Shown here: positions 53,364-63,181 of the stretch, piece by piece
Layout of the letters: every line of letters starts with the position of its first letter
How positions within the stretch are numbered: position 1 is the first letter of the stretch
IMG/VR virus record: IMGVR_UViG_3300042539_001740
DNA length: 64,000 bases
DNA from: a virus
Taxonomy: Duplodnaviria; Caudoviricetes
Direction: 5' to 3' (one strand)
Notes under the pieces: generated by a model
Seen by the model: only the letters and a program-made list of their open reading frames with translations
What the model was told of the DNA's origin: nothing
Databases searched by the model: none
Translations under genes and position numbers: made by a program

Positions 53364-55151
53364 ATGGAAAATAATCAAAATAATTTAACAGTTTGGCAAA
53401 GATTAACACAAGCATTCGGTCCTAATGCTTTACTTAATCAAGATTACCCAACTTATAGTTTCGATAGAAAGGAGTTATTAAAAACTAAATCAAAACAAGA
53501 ATTTGATAAGGAATTACTCCAAGCACAACAAACTTACTACTTAGCAAATCAATGGACTAAGATTGAAAGTAACTTATACACTCAGGCTGTATATTACGAA
53601 CCAACTAGATTGGCTTCGTTTTATGATTATGAATCTATGGAATATACACCCGAAATATCTGCTGCGTTAGACATTTATGGTGAGGAATCTACTACGGTTG
53701 ACCAGAATGGGTATATGTTACAAATATACTCAGAATCAAAACGTATCAAGGGTATTTTAATAGATTTATTTTTGAATGTTTTAGATTTAAATACAAATCT
53801 ACCAATGTGGACTAGAAATACTTGTAAGTATGGTGATAACTTTGTCTATCTTAAACTTGACCCTGAAAAAGGAGTTGTTGGTTGTATGCAATTACCAAAT
53901 ATCGAAATTGAACGTTTGGAAAGAGGTATGCCAGCGCAAGCAAGTAGACAAAACGTAGAAGAGCCAGCTGAAAACAAAGGACTAAGATTCAAGTGGAAAG
54001 CTAAAGATATGGAATTTAATTCTTGGGAAATAGCACACTTTAGATTATTAGGTGATGATAGAAAGTTACCATATGGTACATCAATGTTAGAAAAGGCAAG
54101 GCGTATTTGGAAACAACTATTGTTATCTGAAGATGCGATGTTAATTTATAGAACATCACGTGCACCTGAAAGAAGGGTGTTCAAAGTATTCGTTGGTAAT
54201 ATGGATGATAAAGATGTTGAACCATATGTACAACGTGTTGCAAACAAGTTCAAAAGAAGTCAGGTTGTTGATTCTCAAACAGGTAATGTGGATATGAGAT
54301 TTAATCAAATGGCTGTTGACCAAGATTATTTCATTCCTGTACGTGATGCCGCTGCGGCAAGTCCGATTGATACATTACCTGGTGGTCAAAACTTAGGTGA
54401 GATTGCTGATATTGAATACATCCAAAAGAAACTACTTACTGCTTTACGTGTACCTAAAGCGTTTTTAGGTTTTGAAGAACCAGTTGGTGATGGTAAAAAT
54501 TTATCATTAATTGATATTCGTTTTGCAAGAACAATTAACAGAATCCAAAAATCTATGGTTGCTGAGTTAAATAAGATTGCGATTGTACATTTATTCCTTT
54601 TAGGTTTTGAAGATGAATTATCCAATTTTACTTTAAGTTTAACAAACCCATCGAGTCAAGCAGATTTATTAAAAATTGACATATGGAAAGAGAAGGTCGC
54701 ATTATATAAGGAATGTGTTACATCAATTGAGGGTATTGCACCAACTTCTGTTTCATGGGCTAAGAAACACGTTATGGGATTCTCTGATGAGGAAATCAAA
54801 CTTGATTTACAACAACAGAGAATTGAAAAAGCTGTAGGTGCTGAGCTTACAAATACCGCAACAATTATAACAAATACTGGTGTGTTTGATAATGTTGATA
54901 AATTATATACTCAAACAACAGGTACAACATCAGGTGGGGCACCACCACCTCCAGGAGGAGCTGAAGGGGGAACTCCACCACCAGCAGGTGGTCCTGAAGG
55001 TATGGGTGAAACATTTAACAATAGAGATAATTTAAACATATTGTTGGAAAACGAAGGGATATTTGAGGAAATGAGTTTTATTGATTTGTCCAAAGCCAAA
55101 AATTATTTGGGGGAAATGGAGAGTCAACTAAGTAAACTCCTAAAAGATTAA
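53364..55151 (+). CDS. Portal protein (T4 gp20-like)
   Basis: YESMEYTPEISAALD, IYRTSRAPERRVF, QDYFIP, IDTLPGGQNLGEIADIEY. Confidence 0.93.
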   Translation: MENNQNNLTVWQRLTQAFGPNALLNQDYPTYSFDRKELLKTKSKQEFDKELLQAQQTYYLANQWTKIESNLYTQAVYYEPTRLASFYDYESMEYTPEISAALDIYGEESTTVDQNGYMLQIYSESKRIKGILIDLFLNVLDLNTNLPMWTRNTCKYGDNFVYLKLDPEKGVVGCMQLPNIEIERLERGMPAQASRQNVEEPAENKGLRFKWKAKDMEFNSWEIAHFRLLGDDRKLPYGTSMLEKARRIWKQLLLSEDAMLIYRTSRAPERRVFKVFVGNMDDKDVEPYVQRVANKFKRSQVVDSQTGNVDMRFNQMAVDQDYFIPVRDAAAASPIDTLPGGQNLGEIADIEYIQKKLLTALRVPKAFLGFEEPVGDGKNLSLIDIRFARTINRIQKSMVAELNKIAIVHLFLLGFEDELSNFTLSLTNPSSQADLLKIDIWKEKVALYKECVTSIEGIAPTSVSWAKKHVMGFSDEEIKLDLQQQRIEKAVGAELTNTATIITNTGVFDNVDKLYTQTTGTTSGGAPPPPGGAEGGTPPPAGGPEGMGETFNNRDNLNILLENEGIFEEMSFIDLSKAKNYLGEMESQLSKLLKD

Positions 55152-55172
55152 TATTTATTAATAAAAAAAATT

Positions 55173-55889
55173 ATGAAATTTGGTATAATTAAATCGAAAA
55201 TTGATAAGATTTTGTTGGAATCATTTTCCAATAAAAATGAATTTAAATCTGAACTTAAAAATTTTCAAAATACAATTTTAGAAAATAAAAATCTTACTAA
55301 ATTATTTTGGATTTATGATGAATTAAAAAATAAATCAAACATAGATAGTACGATTGTTAACGACTATGTTAATGAAACTATTAACCAATACAAAAATATT
55401 GTGAGCAAAATTAACCCAAAGAAATTGAGGAAACTTGAACTATGGGTTGAGGGTGTTGATGTTGAAAACGAATATACTGACATTGACAATTTGTTTTCTG
55501 ATAGTGTTCTAACTATTGAACAAAAAATTAATAGTAGAAAGAAAATAACAGAATCCCTTAAAAGAAAGGTTAAAAAAGAAAAAGAATCAATTAATTTACC
55601 AATATCAACAATGGTTAATATAGCAAATAAAACAATCAAAAACTACGTACAACAATTAGACGAAAACACTAAGGGTAAGTTGTTGAGATTTCTTTCTTCA
55701 GATGTTACTGAAATGGAATCTAAGTACAAAGTAGTTAAAGAAAGTGTTTTAAATAAACTAAGTAACATCAAACAAAATTCAGAAGAAGAAGTAGTCACCA
55801 AAATTGATGAAACAATTTCGAAGATTACAAATGAAAAGTTTGATAAATTGAATTTATTTAGATTGGAGGAATTGGATAATAGTATCTAA
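55173..55889 (+). CDS. Hypothetical head-module protein
   Basis: ILLES/ILEN/ITES motifs; lies between portal and bS21. Confidence 0.75.
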   Translation: MKFGIIKSKIDKILLESFSNKNEFKSELKNFQNTILENKNLTKLFWIYDELKNKSNIDSTIVNDYVNETINQYKNIVSKINPKKLRKLELWVEGVDVENEYTDIDNLFSDSVLTIEQKINSRKKITESLKRKVKKEKESINLPISTMVNIANKTIKNYVQQLDENTKGKLLRFLSSDVTEMESKYKVVKESVLNKLSNIKQNSEEEVVTKIDETISKITNEKFDKLNLFRLEELDNSI

Positions 55890-56077
55890 TCTATTTTATT
55901 TTTGATTTTTTGAACATATTTTGCTTTGTTCAATTCAGTTCTTCTTTTGACTGAATTTTTAACAAATTCCTTTCTGTTTTTTAACTCAGTCATCAATTTG
56001 GTCTTGATAACTTTACTTTTAAAAAGTTTCAAGGCCTTTTCTATTGGTGTTTTATTATCGACTTTGATTATTAGCAT
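55886..56077 (-). CDS. rpsU: Ribosomal protein bS21
   Basis: MLIIKVDNKTPIEKALKLFKSKV...ELKNRKEFVKNSVKRR; antisense within the head module. Confidence 0.88.
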   Translation of the reverse strand: MLIIKVDNKTPIEKALKLFKSKVIKTKLMTELKNRKEFVKNSVKRRTELNKAKYVQKIKNKID

Positions 56078-56171
56078 ATGATACAAATATTTGTTAAAAC
56101 AATTTATTTTTGACTATTAAGTAAATATCCCCTATTTTTATGAAAAAATAAACTGAAAATGTTACAAATTA

Positions 56172-56627
56172 ATGAAAAAAGGGAAAACCTCAAAAATACA
56201 AGGTTTTAAAATTGCAAAAGTTGTTTATGGTACTGTAGATTCGTTTGAATTGAACTCCATTTACCTAAACATACAAACATGGGTAGAACCAAAAGAAGAC
56301 GTAGAGAATTGGAATAGAGTTGTTTTGAATCTAAGTAGAAGTATCAAACATACAATTTATCACAATATAAACAAAGAATTATTCAACGAAAATTTTATTG
56401 TGGACTTAGATTTAAGGTCGAGTGGTATAAACTTAAATAAAAAATCTTTTCTCAACTTAGAAATAAACTTTTTTACAAAACAACCTTACTTAGATTTCAA
56501 ATCTTCTGAAATAAAGGATTGTTTGAAAAACATCACAAAAGACGTTTTCAGAGAAAACTTTCACAATAACAAATATTTTTCATTTACCTTAACCAAAAAG
56601 GATAAAAATAACTCTTCAGAAATATAA
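56172..56627 (+). CDS. Hypothetical protein
   Basis: ORF divergent from bS21. Confidence 0.7.
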   Translation: MKKGKTSKIQGFKIAKVVYGTVDSFELNSIYLNIQTWVEPKEDVENWNRVVLNLSRSIKHTIYHNINKELFNENFIVDLDLRSSGINLNKKSFLNLEINFFTKQPYLDFKSSEIKDCLKNITKDVFRENFHNNKYFSFTLTKKDKNNSSEI

Positions 56628-56666
56628 AACTATATTTGATTTATATTTATATAGTAAAATTCAAAT

Positions 56667-57389
56667 ATGAACTTAGAAGTAATCAAACCAGGACACGTGG
56701 GTAAAGGTATATTAATCGAATATGATGCAGGTTATGTTTCTCCTTCAATGGATGAAAATGCCAAAATAATAAAAGAATCTAAAAACTTTTTAGACCACTC
56801 CAAACCATTCGAATTTTATGCTGTATTACAAAAATATAACACCCCAAATCGTAATGGAAGAGTTTATCCTGAAAGAATCTTAAAAAGAGAAGCAGAAAAC
56901 TACAAAAAAATGATTGCTAAAGGTACTTCATTGTCTGAGTTAAATCACCCTGAGTCCTCCTTGATAGATTTAGATAGAGTTTCTCATATTATTACTGAAG
57001 TATGGTGGGAAGGACCTATATTGATGGGTAAACTAAAATTACTAACCTCACCAGGTTTTCACGAGAGGGGAATAGTTTCAACAAAAGGAGATATGGCTGC
57101 GAATTATCTCAGACAAGGAGTTACGTTAGGTATTTCATCTCGTGGTGTTGGTTCACTTAAAAAGGTTGGGGAACAGAATGAAGTACAAGATGACTTCGAG
57201 TTAATTTGTTTTGACTTAGTATCTTCACCATCAACACCAGGGGCTTACCTTTTTATAAATAAAGAGGATAGAGATATGTACGCTGAAAACTTAGACGAAG
57301 ATAAAAAAATGGCTATAGAAAGAAATGTTGGTGAAAAAGGTAACGCTACTCTTGATTTAATGAAAAAATTGGCTAAACTTGGGTATTAG
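56667..57389 (+). CDS. Prohead core protease (T4 gp21-like)
   Basis: NRNGRVYP, ELNHP, VSHII, LGISSRGVGSL, FDLVSSPSTPGA. Confidence 0.93.
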   Translation: MNLEVIKPGHVGKGILIEYDAGYVSPSMDENAKIIKESKNFLDHSKPFEFYAVLQKYNTPNRNGRVYPERILKREAENYKKMIAKGTSLSELNHPESSLIDLDRVSHIITEVWWEGPILMGKLKLLTSPGFHERGIVSTKGDMAANYLRQGVTLGISSRGVGSLKKVGEQNEVQDDFELICFDLVSSPSTPGAYLFINKEDRDMYAENLDEDKKMAIERNVGEKGNATLDLMKKLAKLGY

Positions 57390-57413
57390 TTAAATTAAAA
57401 AAATCATTAAGAT

Positions 57414-57629
57414 ATGGAAGATGGACAAAAGTATTTTGTAGCAAAAATTGCCGAGGATTTAGTTGATGAAGAATCAGGTAAAGTAAAAAAAATAAAATTA
57501 GAAAAATTAGTTCTTGGTTACAATCCCACAGATGTTGAAGCAAAAGTAACTAAAATCTATGAGCACTATACACAAGATTGGCGTATTACCGCAATAGTCG
57601 AGAGTAAAATAGATGAAGTAATTGAATAA
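57414..57629 (+). CDS. Hypothetical protein
   Basis: Operon ORF. Confidence 0.7.
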   Translation: MEDGQKYFVAKIAEDLVDEESGKVKKIKLEKLVLGYNPTDVEAKVTKIYEHYTQDWRITAIVESKIDEVIE

Positions 57630-57795
57630 TTTTTTTATCTAATTAAAAAATAAAGGAGGACTTTGTTCCTCCTTTTTTCATTTTATAGATTTTGGGGATA
57701 TTTATAAATAAACTTTTTTGGGTTTGTTTATAACTCTACAAAAGTTTTTTTAAAGTATTAACATATTTATAGAATAAAAATACAAAAAACCAAAA

Positions 57796-59346
57796 ATGGC
57801 TGAAGAAAAAAACATTTTAGAAGAGGCAATCATTCAAATGAAAAATTTGGAAGAAGCGGTTGCTGAGAATGCAAAAGGAATACTTGGTTCAGTAATGAGA
57901 CAAGAAATCAAGGAATTAGTAAAAGAATCTCTTAACGAACAAGAAGACGAAGAAGAGGTTGATTCAGAAGAAGAAGAATCTGACATTGCTGATGTTGAAT
58001 TCGATGACGAAATGGATGATGAAGACATGGAAGACGAAATGGACGATGAAGACGAAATGGATGATGAAGACATGGAAGACGAAATGGATGATGAAGACAT
58101 GGAATTTGAAGACGATGAAGAAATGGAAGATGATGAAGATGTTACAATTGATTTAACAAATGAACCAATCGAAAACGTAATGAAAGTATTTTCAAGAATG
58201 AAAGATACTGACAAAATATCGGTGGTTGAAGATGGTGAAGGTAACATTGAACTATCTGATGATGAGACTAATAAAGAGTATTACATTGTACGTGAAGGGT
58301 TAGATATGGATGAAGAAATGTATGAAATGGATGAACCAATCTATGAACTCGAAATGGAAACTGACGAAGAAATGGATGACATGGATATGATGGAAATGGA
58401 TGACATAGATATGATGGAAATGGATGACATGGATATGATGGAAATGGATGACATGGATATGATGGAAATGGATGAACCAATCTATGAAATCGAAATGGAC
58501 GAGGAAATGGATGATTCTATGGACGAGGAAATGGATGATTTAATGGAAGCAAAGAAAGCCAGAAAACCGAAAGGAGTTGGTATTGGACACGGACCTAAAT
58601 TTAACTATGGAAAGGTTATGGACTTCCCAACAAAGAAAATGAAAAAGGGTGATGAAGCACCATATACTGGTAAAGGACCGAAGTATGAATTCGACAAAAA
58701 ATCACCAAGTTTACAAGGTGAATTTAAGGAGGGTAAATATGGTATGAACAAAGGCGATAAATCAAAAACTCACAAAGGTGAAGAAGATTATACCGGAAAA
58801 AAAGGTATGAAATCAAAAACTCACAAAGGTTCAGATTTTGAAAAAAGGGAAACTAAAGAAGCTTCAAGAACACTAGGTAATGGTAAATATTGGGGTAGAG
58901 AAGGTCTTCCAAAACCAAAAGCAGCACCACGTCATATCAGAAAAGAATCTATCGAATCTCAAGAAGTAAATTTACTTAGAGAAAAAAATGAGGAATACAG
59001 AAAAGCATTAAACGTTTTCAGAAATAAATTAAATGAAGTTGCAATATTTAATTCAAACTTAGCTTATGCGACAAGATTGTTTACAGAACATTCAACTTCA
59101 AAACAAGAAAAAATTAACATTCTGAAAAGATTTGATGGTGTAGAAACTCTTAAAGAATCAAAAAATCTTTACAAAATTATTAAAGACGAATTAACTCCTT
59201 CTACAGGAAAACAAGTTAATGAATCAATCGAAAGAACAATTCAAAAAAGTCCTTCAAATGGTTCATCAATTAACTTGATTGAGTCAAAAACTTACGAAAA
59301 TCCTCAATTCCTTAGAATGAAAGATTTAATGTCAAAATTAAAATAA
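57796..59346 (+). CDS. Prohead scaffolding protein (T4 gp22-like) with D/E/M-rich repeats
   Basis: Position between protease and capsid; coiled-coil ends; very acidic middle. Confidence 0.75.
   Translation: MAEEKNILEEAIIQMKNLEEAVAENAKGILGSVMRQEIKELVKESLNEQEDEEEVDSEEEESDIADVEFDDEMDDEDMEDEMDDEDEMDDEDMEDEMDDEDMEFEDDEEMEDDEDVTIDLTNEPIENVMKVFSRMKDTDKISVVEDGEGNIELSDDETNKEYYIVREGLDMDEEMYEMDEPIYELEMETDEEMDDMDMMEMDDIDMMEMDDMDMMEMDDMDMMEMDEPIYEIEMDEEMDDSMDEEMDDLMEAKKARKPKGVGIGHGPKFNYGKVMDFPTKKMKKGDEAPYTGKGPKYEFDKKSPSLQGEFKEGKYGMNKGDKSKTHKGEEDYTGKKGMKSKTHKGSDFEKRETKEASRTLGNGKYWGREGLPKPKAAPRHIRKESIESQEVNLLREKNEEYRKALNVFRNKLNEVAIFNSNLAYATRLFTEHSTSKQEKINILKRFDGVETLKESKNLYKIIKDELTPSTGKQVNESIERTIQKSPSNGSSINLIESKTYENPQFLRMKDLMSKLK
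58369..58464 (+). repeat. 24-bp tandem repeat, four copies (EMDDMDMM)
   Basis: GAAATGGATGACATGGATATGATG units. Confidence 0.85.
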
Positions 59347-59382
59347 ACAATAAACTGCAAACTAAACTAAAAAAAATAGAAA

Positions 59383-61251
59383 ATGGGAGCATTATTAGAA
59401 TCGGGTCTTGTTGGTAATATTGGTTTGAAACACCTTAAAGTTATCAAAGAAGATACTATCAACAAATGGGATAAATTAGGATTCCTTGAAGGTCTTAGAG
59501 GCCACCTAAAAGAAAACGTAGCTCAGTTATATGAAAACCAAGCTTCTTTCTTAATCAATGAAGCAACTTCTGATGGAAGTTCAGGTTCTTTCGAAACTGT
59601 TGTATTTCCTATCGTAAGAAGAGTTTTCTCTAAATTGTTAGCTAACGATATCGTATCTGTACAAGCTATGAACTTACCTATTGGTAAATTGTTCTACTTC
59701 GTACCTAAAATCCAAGGTTACACTGGTGCTACTTACCCTTCAGGTAACTTCAATGCTGGTGATAGTGGTCAACACTACGCACCTGTAGGAAGTCCTGGTA
59801 ACTATCCTGGTGATACAAGTGCTGGTTATGGTACAAGTACTGGTGCTTATGCAAAAAATCTTTATGATTTATTCTATGAAGGTAATGAAGCTGCTTTAGA
59901 CCCTCCTGGTTTATTTGATTATTCAAAAGGTCGTTGGTCTGCTATTACTCAAACAGCTACTGTTCAAGTTTGGAGTAGTGGATTACTTACTGATGCAACA
60001 TCTCAATATCCAGCAACAACTAACGTAAGAAAAGTAATTATCAAAATGTGTGGATTTGCTGACACTGGTGTTGGTAAACTTATTGCACCTGATGGTAATG
60101 AAATTGATACTGAGGCATTCTTATCTGATTTAAGAGTATATGCAACAGCCGCTCAAGCATCTTCACCTTTCAGTGCAACAACTCCTTGTAATGTTATTTA
60201 CAATGCTGCTGGTACAAGAAACTCATTATTATTCCGTGTTGTAACTCAACAATATGGTAAAGGTATCGTTTCTCCAACTTCAACTAATACTAAAACTACT
60301 TGGCCTTCAAATGGTGGTGGTACTTACAATGACATTTGTAGTCAAGATGGTTGTATCTACTTAGAGGTAGACCTTTCTTGTCCAATATGTGCTGATTGTG
60401 GTTCTGACTCTTTAGATGGTTACACAGGTACAACTTTGACTGGTACACTTTCAGGTACTGCATTCACAACAGTATTTAGAAGATACGAAGAATTAGAATT
60501 TGAAGACAAAATTGGTGAAGTTTCTTTCGACCTTGAATCAGTAACTGTTTCTGTAACTGAAAGAAAATTAAGAGCTCAATGGTCTCCTGAATTAGCACAA
60601 GACGTTGCTGCATTCCACAACATCGATGCTGAAGCTGAATTAACTGCTCTTCTTTCTGAGCAAGTTGCAGCTGAAATCGATAGAGAAATCCTACGTGACC
60701 TTAGAAAAGGTGCTGCTTGGAATCTAAGATGGGATTACAACGGATGGAGAAGAATTAGTGCTACTACTTCTTACACTCAAAAAGATTGGAATCAAACGTT
60801 GATTACTGCTATCAACCAACTTTCTGCTCAAATCCACAAATCAACTCTTAGAGGTGGTGCTAACTGGATTGTTGTGTCTTCTGAGGTTTCTGCAATCTTT
60901 GATGACTTGGAATACTTCCACGTATCAAATGCTTCTCCTGACCAAGACCAATACAATATGGGTATTGAAAGAGTAGGTACATTAGCAGGTAGATACCAAG
61001 TATATCGTGACCCTTACTTCCCACCTAACCAAGTGTTAATTGGACACAAAGGTACGTCACTTCTTGATACTGGTTACATCTATGCTCCGTATGTTCCACT
61101 TCAATTGACTCCAACAATGTATAATCCATTCAACTTTACACCAATCAAAGGTATCATGACTAGATACGCTAAAAAAATGGTGAACAACAGGTTCTATGGA
61201 AGAATTACAGTTGATGGTGTTAGAACATTCGACTTACAAGAATTGAGATAA
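59383..61251 (+). CDS. Major capsid protein (T4 gp23-like) with a large insertion
   Basis: IVSVQAM..P.G.LFY, RKLRAQWSPELAQD, EIDREI, RGGANWIV, YAPYVPL, P..GIMTRYA. Confidence 0.95.
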   Translation: MGALLESGLVGNIGLKHLKVIKEDTINKWDKLGFLEGLRGHLKENVAQLYENQASFLINEATSDGSSGSFETVVFPIVRRVFSKLLANDIVSVQAMNLPIGKLFYFVPKIQGYTGATYPSGNFNAGDSGQHYAPVGSPGNYPGDTSAGYGTSTGAYAKNLYDLFYEGNEAALDPPGLFDYSKGRWSAITQTATVQVWSSGLLTDATSQYPATTNVRKVIIKMCGFADTGVGKLIAPDGNEIDTEAFLSDLRVYATAAQASSPFSATTPCNVIYNAAGTRNSLLFRVVTQQYGKGIVSPTSTNTKTTWPSNGGGTYNDICSQDGCIYLEVDLSCPICADCGSDSLDGYTGTTLTGTLSGTAFTTVFRRYEELEFEDKIGEVSFDLESVTVSVTERKLRAQWSPELAQDVAAFHNIDAEAELTALLSEQVAAEIDREILRDLRKGAAWNLRWDYNGWRRISATTSYTQKDWNQTLITAINQLSAQIHKSTLRGGANWIVVSSEVSAIFDDLEYFHVSNASPDQDQYNMGIERVGTLAGRYQVYRDPYFPPNQVLIGHKGTSLLDTGYIYAPYVPLQLTPTMYNPFNFTPIKGIMTRYAKKMVNNRFYGRITVDGVRTFDLQELR

Positions 61252-61348
61252 TCAATCTTAGTTAATATTGACGAGAGGGACAAGTTTTTGTCCCTTTTTT
61301 TTTTATTGATTATTGAAATAATCAACTTTATGTTTATATTTATCTTAT

Positions 61349-62029
61349 ATGAAAAAGATACAATTAGATAAACAAATAGTTAACGAAATAATAAGGTTAT
61401 ACAATGACGAAATGTTGGGTAGTCCCAGTATATCCGAAAGATTGGGTATTAATAAACATATTGTATTACGTATATTAAAAGAAAACAATGTGAAAGTTGG
61501 TGTCCCTGGTAAAAAGTTCAAAGGAGGTAAAAAAGCCACATATAAAAGAACTTATGAAAAATACAAAGAGAAGAAAACGATTTATCACAAAGAATGGCAA
61601 AAAAATAATAGGGATAAATTAAATTCATATCATAAAGAATGGAGAGAAAATAATATTAATAAACATCGAGAAAAAAAACGAGAATATCAAAAACACAAAA
61701 GACATACTGACCCAATTTATAAACTCATCTCTAACTTTAGAACTGCAATATACATAGTACTTAAAGAAAACAATTTACAGAAGTACGGACACTACTTTGA
61801 TATCTTGGGTTACTCACCTGAGGAACTTATTGTACATTTACAAAAACAATTTAACGATGGGATGAATTGGGATAACTATGGTGAGTGGCATATTGACCAT
61901 ATTAAACCAATATCATCGTTTATATTTGAGAGTAGTGGAGATGATGAGTTTAAGAAGTGTTGGTCGTTAGAAAATCTTCAACCAATGTGGGGAATAGAAA
62001 ATATTAAAAAGGGTAACAAGTTTTCATAG
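61349..62029 (+). CDS. HNH homing endonuclease
   Basis: N-terminal HTH; WHIDHIKP, NLQPMWGIENIKKGN. Confidence 0.85.
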   Translation: MKKIQLDKQIVNEIIRLYNDEMLGSPSISERLGINKHIVLRILKENNVKVGVPGKKFKGGKKATYKRTYEKYKEKKTIYHKEWQKNNRDKLNSYHKEWRENNINKHREKKREYQKHKRHTDPIYKLISNFRTAIYIVLKENNLQKYGHYFDILGYSPEELIVHLQKQFNDGMNWDNYGEWHIDHIKPISSFIFESSGDDEFKKCWSLENLQPMWGIENIKKGNKFS

Positions 62030-62058
62030 ATTAATGATATTTATAAAGAAAGATTTTT

Positions 62059-62541
62059 ATGAATAAGAAGTTATATTTTTTGAATGAATCCGAAAGAGAA
62101 AGGATTTTGAATTTACACGAAAACAGAACCAAAAAACAATATCTGACTGAAAATATCTTTTCCGACTTATTTAAAACTTTAGGAACAGGTATTATTACAA
62201 CAGGTTGGGAAAAATTTCCGTGTGTTGTACAATCTAAAAATGTTAAACCAATTTTAAGAAAGGATAATACAGTTATGTATGATGGAAGTGGTTTTTTATG
62301 GTTTGGGAATGGTAGAAGGATGAATAAAACAACTAAAGAAATGTCAACTTATTATTGTGGTACTGATGGAAAGATACAGATTACACCAGTAACAAGTGGA
62401 ACTAATATTATTGGAATGGGGAAAGTCATAAATAGTGTAAAACCACAAATACCTGAAGTTTTAAAACTTGCAGGTTTGAGTGGTACCGATTTAAGTCAGG
62501 AAAACATAAACAAACTTTATGATATATTATCAAAGAAATAG
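62059..62541 (+). CDS. Putative internal head protein with Cys-flanked module
   Basis: LNESERERILNLHE...YLTE; module 62206-62376. Confidence 0.7.
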   Translation: MNKKLYFLNESERERILNLHENRTKKQYLTENIFSDLFKTLGTGIITTGWEKFPCVVQSKNVKPILRKDNTVMYDGSGFLWFGNGRRMNKTTKEMSTYYCGTDGKIQITPVTSGTNIIGMGKVINSVKPQIPEVLKLAGLSGTDLSQENINKLYDILSKK

Positions 62542-62544
62542 AAT

Positions 62545-62955
62545 ATGAAACAAATAAGAATTGATAAAAATGATAAATTAAGAATATTAAGTTTACATAA
62601 CAAAAATATTTTGGCTGAACAAACAACAGAAAATAAATCTATCGCAGATATTCAAAAACTTTTGGGGTTAAAAGATGATAATCAGTTCGGGCCACAAACC
62701 TTAGCCGCAATTAAAACTAAGTTAGGACAACCTGATAAAGTGACAACAACACCTACTATAACGACAAGTTCTACTGAGACAACTAAAACAGATTTACCAA
62801 GTGACTTTGGACAAATTAAACCAATAGAAATGTCACAAATGAAAGTTGGGGCATTAACTACTGATGGTGGTAAAGTGACTGGGGTCGCAACTTCAACAGT
62901 TCAAGGTAAACCTGAGGAAAATGCTTCAGATGCTATAGATTCTAAGAATCCTTAG
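62545..62955 (+). CDS. Putative internal protein with PG-binding-like motif
   Basis: DKLRILSLHNKNILAEQ; IQKLLGLKDDNQFGPQT. Confidence 0.65.
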   Translation: MKQIRIDKNDKLRILSLHNKNILAEQTTENKSIADIQKLLGLKDDNQFGPQTLAAIKTKLGQPDKVTTTPTITTSSTETTKTDLPSDFGQIKPIEMSQMKVGALTTDGGKVTGVATSTVQGKPEENASDAIDSKNP

Positions 62956-63181
62956 TTTCTTTACTGGAGAGTATTCTAATAGATTTTGAAATTACTTCAA
63001 CTTCACCAATTGAATATACACCTGACATATATGCGTATTTTACAGCTTGTACTAACATAAAGATTGCTTGTTCTCTATCCATTACATCGAGTAATGTTTG
63101 TAAGTGGTCATCAGTTAATAAAGGAACACTATTAAATAATTTACCGAATAATTCTTTTTCTTCCATAAAAATAATATACAA
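62942..63181 (-). CDS. Hypothetical protein
   Basis: 79-aa ORF; likely start MEEKELF. Confidence 0.6.
   Translation of the reverse strand: MYIIFMEEKELFGKLFNSVPLLTDDHLQTLLDVMDREQAIFMLVQAVKYAYMSGVYSIGEVEVISKSIRILSSKETKDS

Noticed and set aside
57654-57677. AAAGGAGGA as a second SD-like element
   Set aside because: It is fully paired in a terminator hairpin (AAAGGAGGA/TTCCTCCTTT).
57834-58480. Antisense Ser/Pro/His-rich ORFs and similar shadow ORFs across the window
   Set aside because: They are mirror frames of low-complexity or AT-biased real genes.
51373-61251. Inteins or introns in terminase, portal or capsid
   Set aside because: ORFs are continuous with no intein motifs; the HNH gene at 61349 is free-standing after a terminator.
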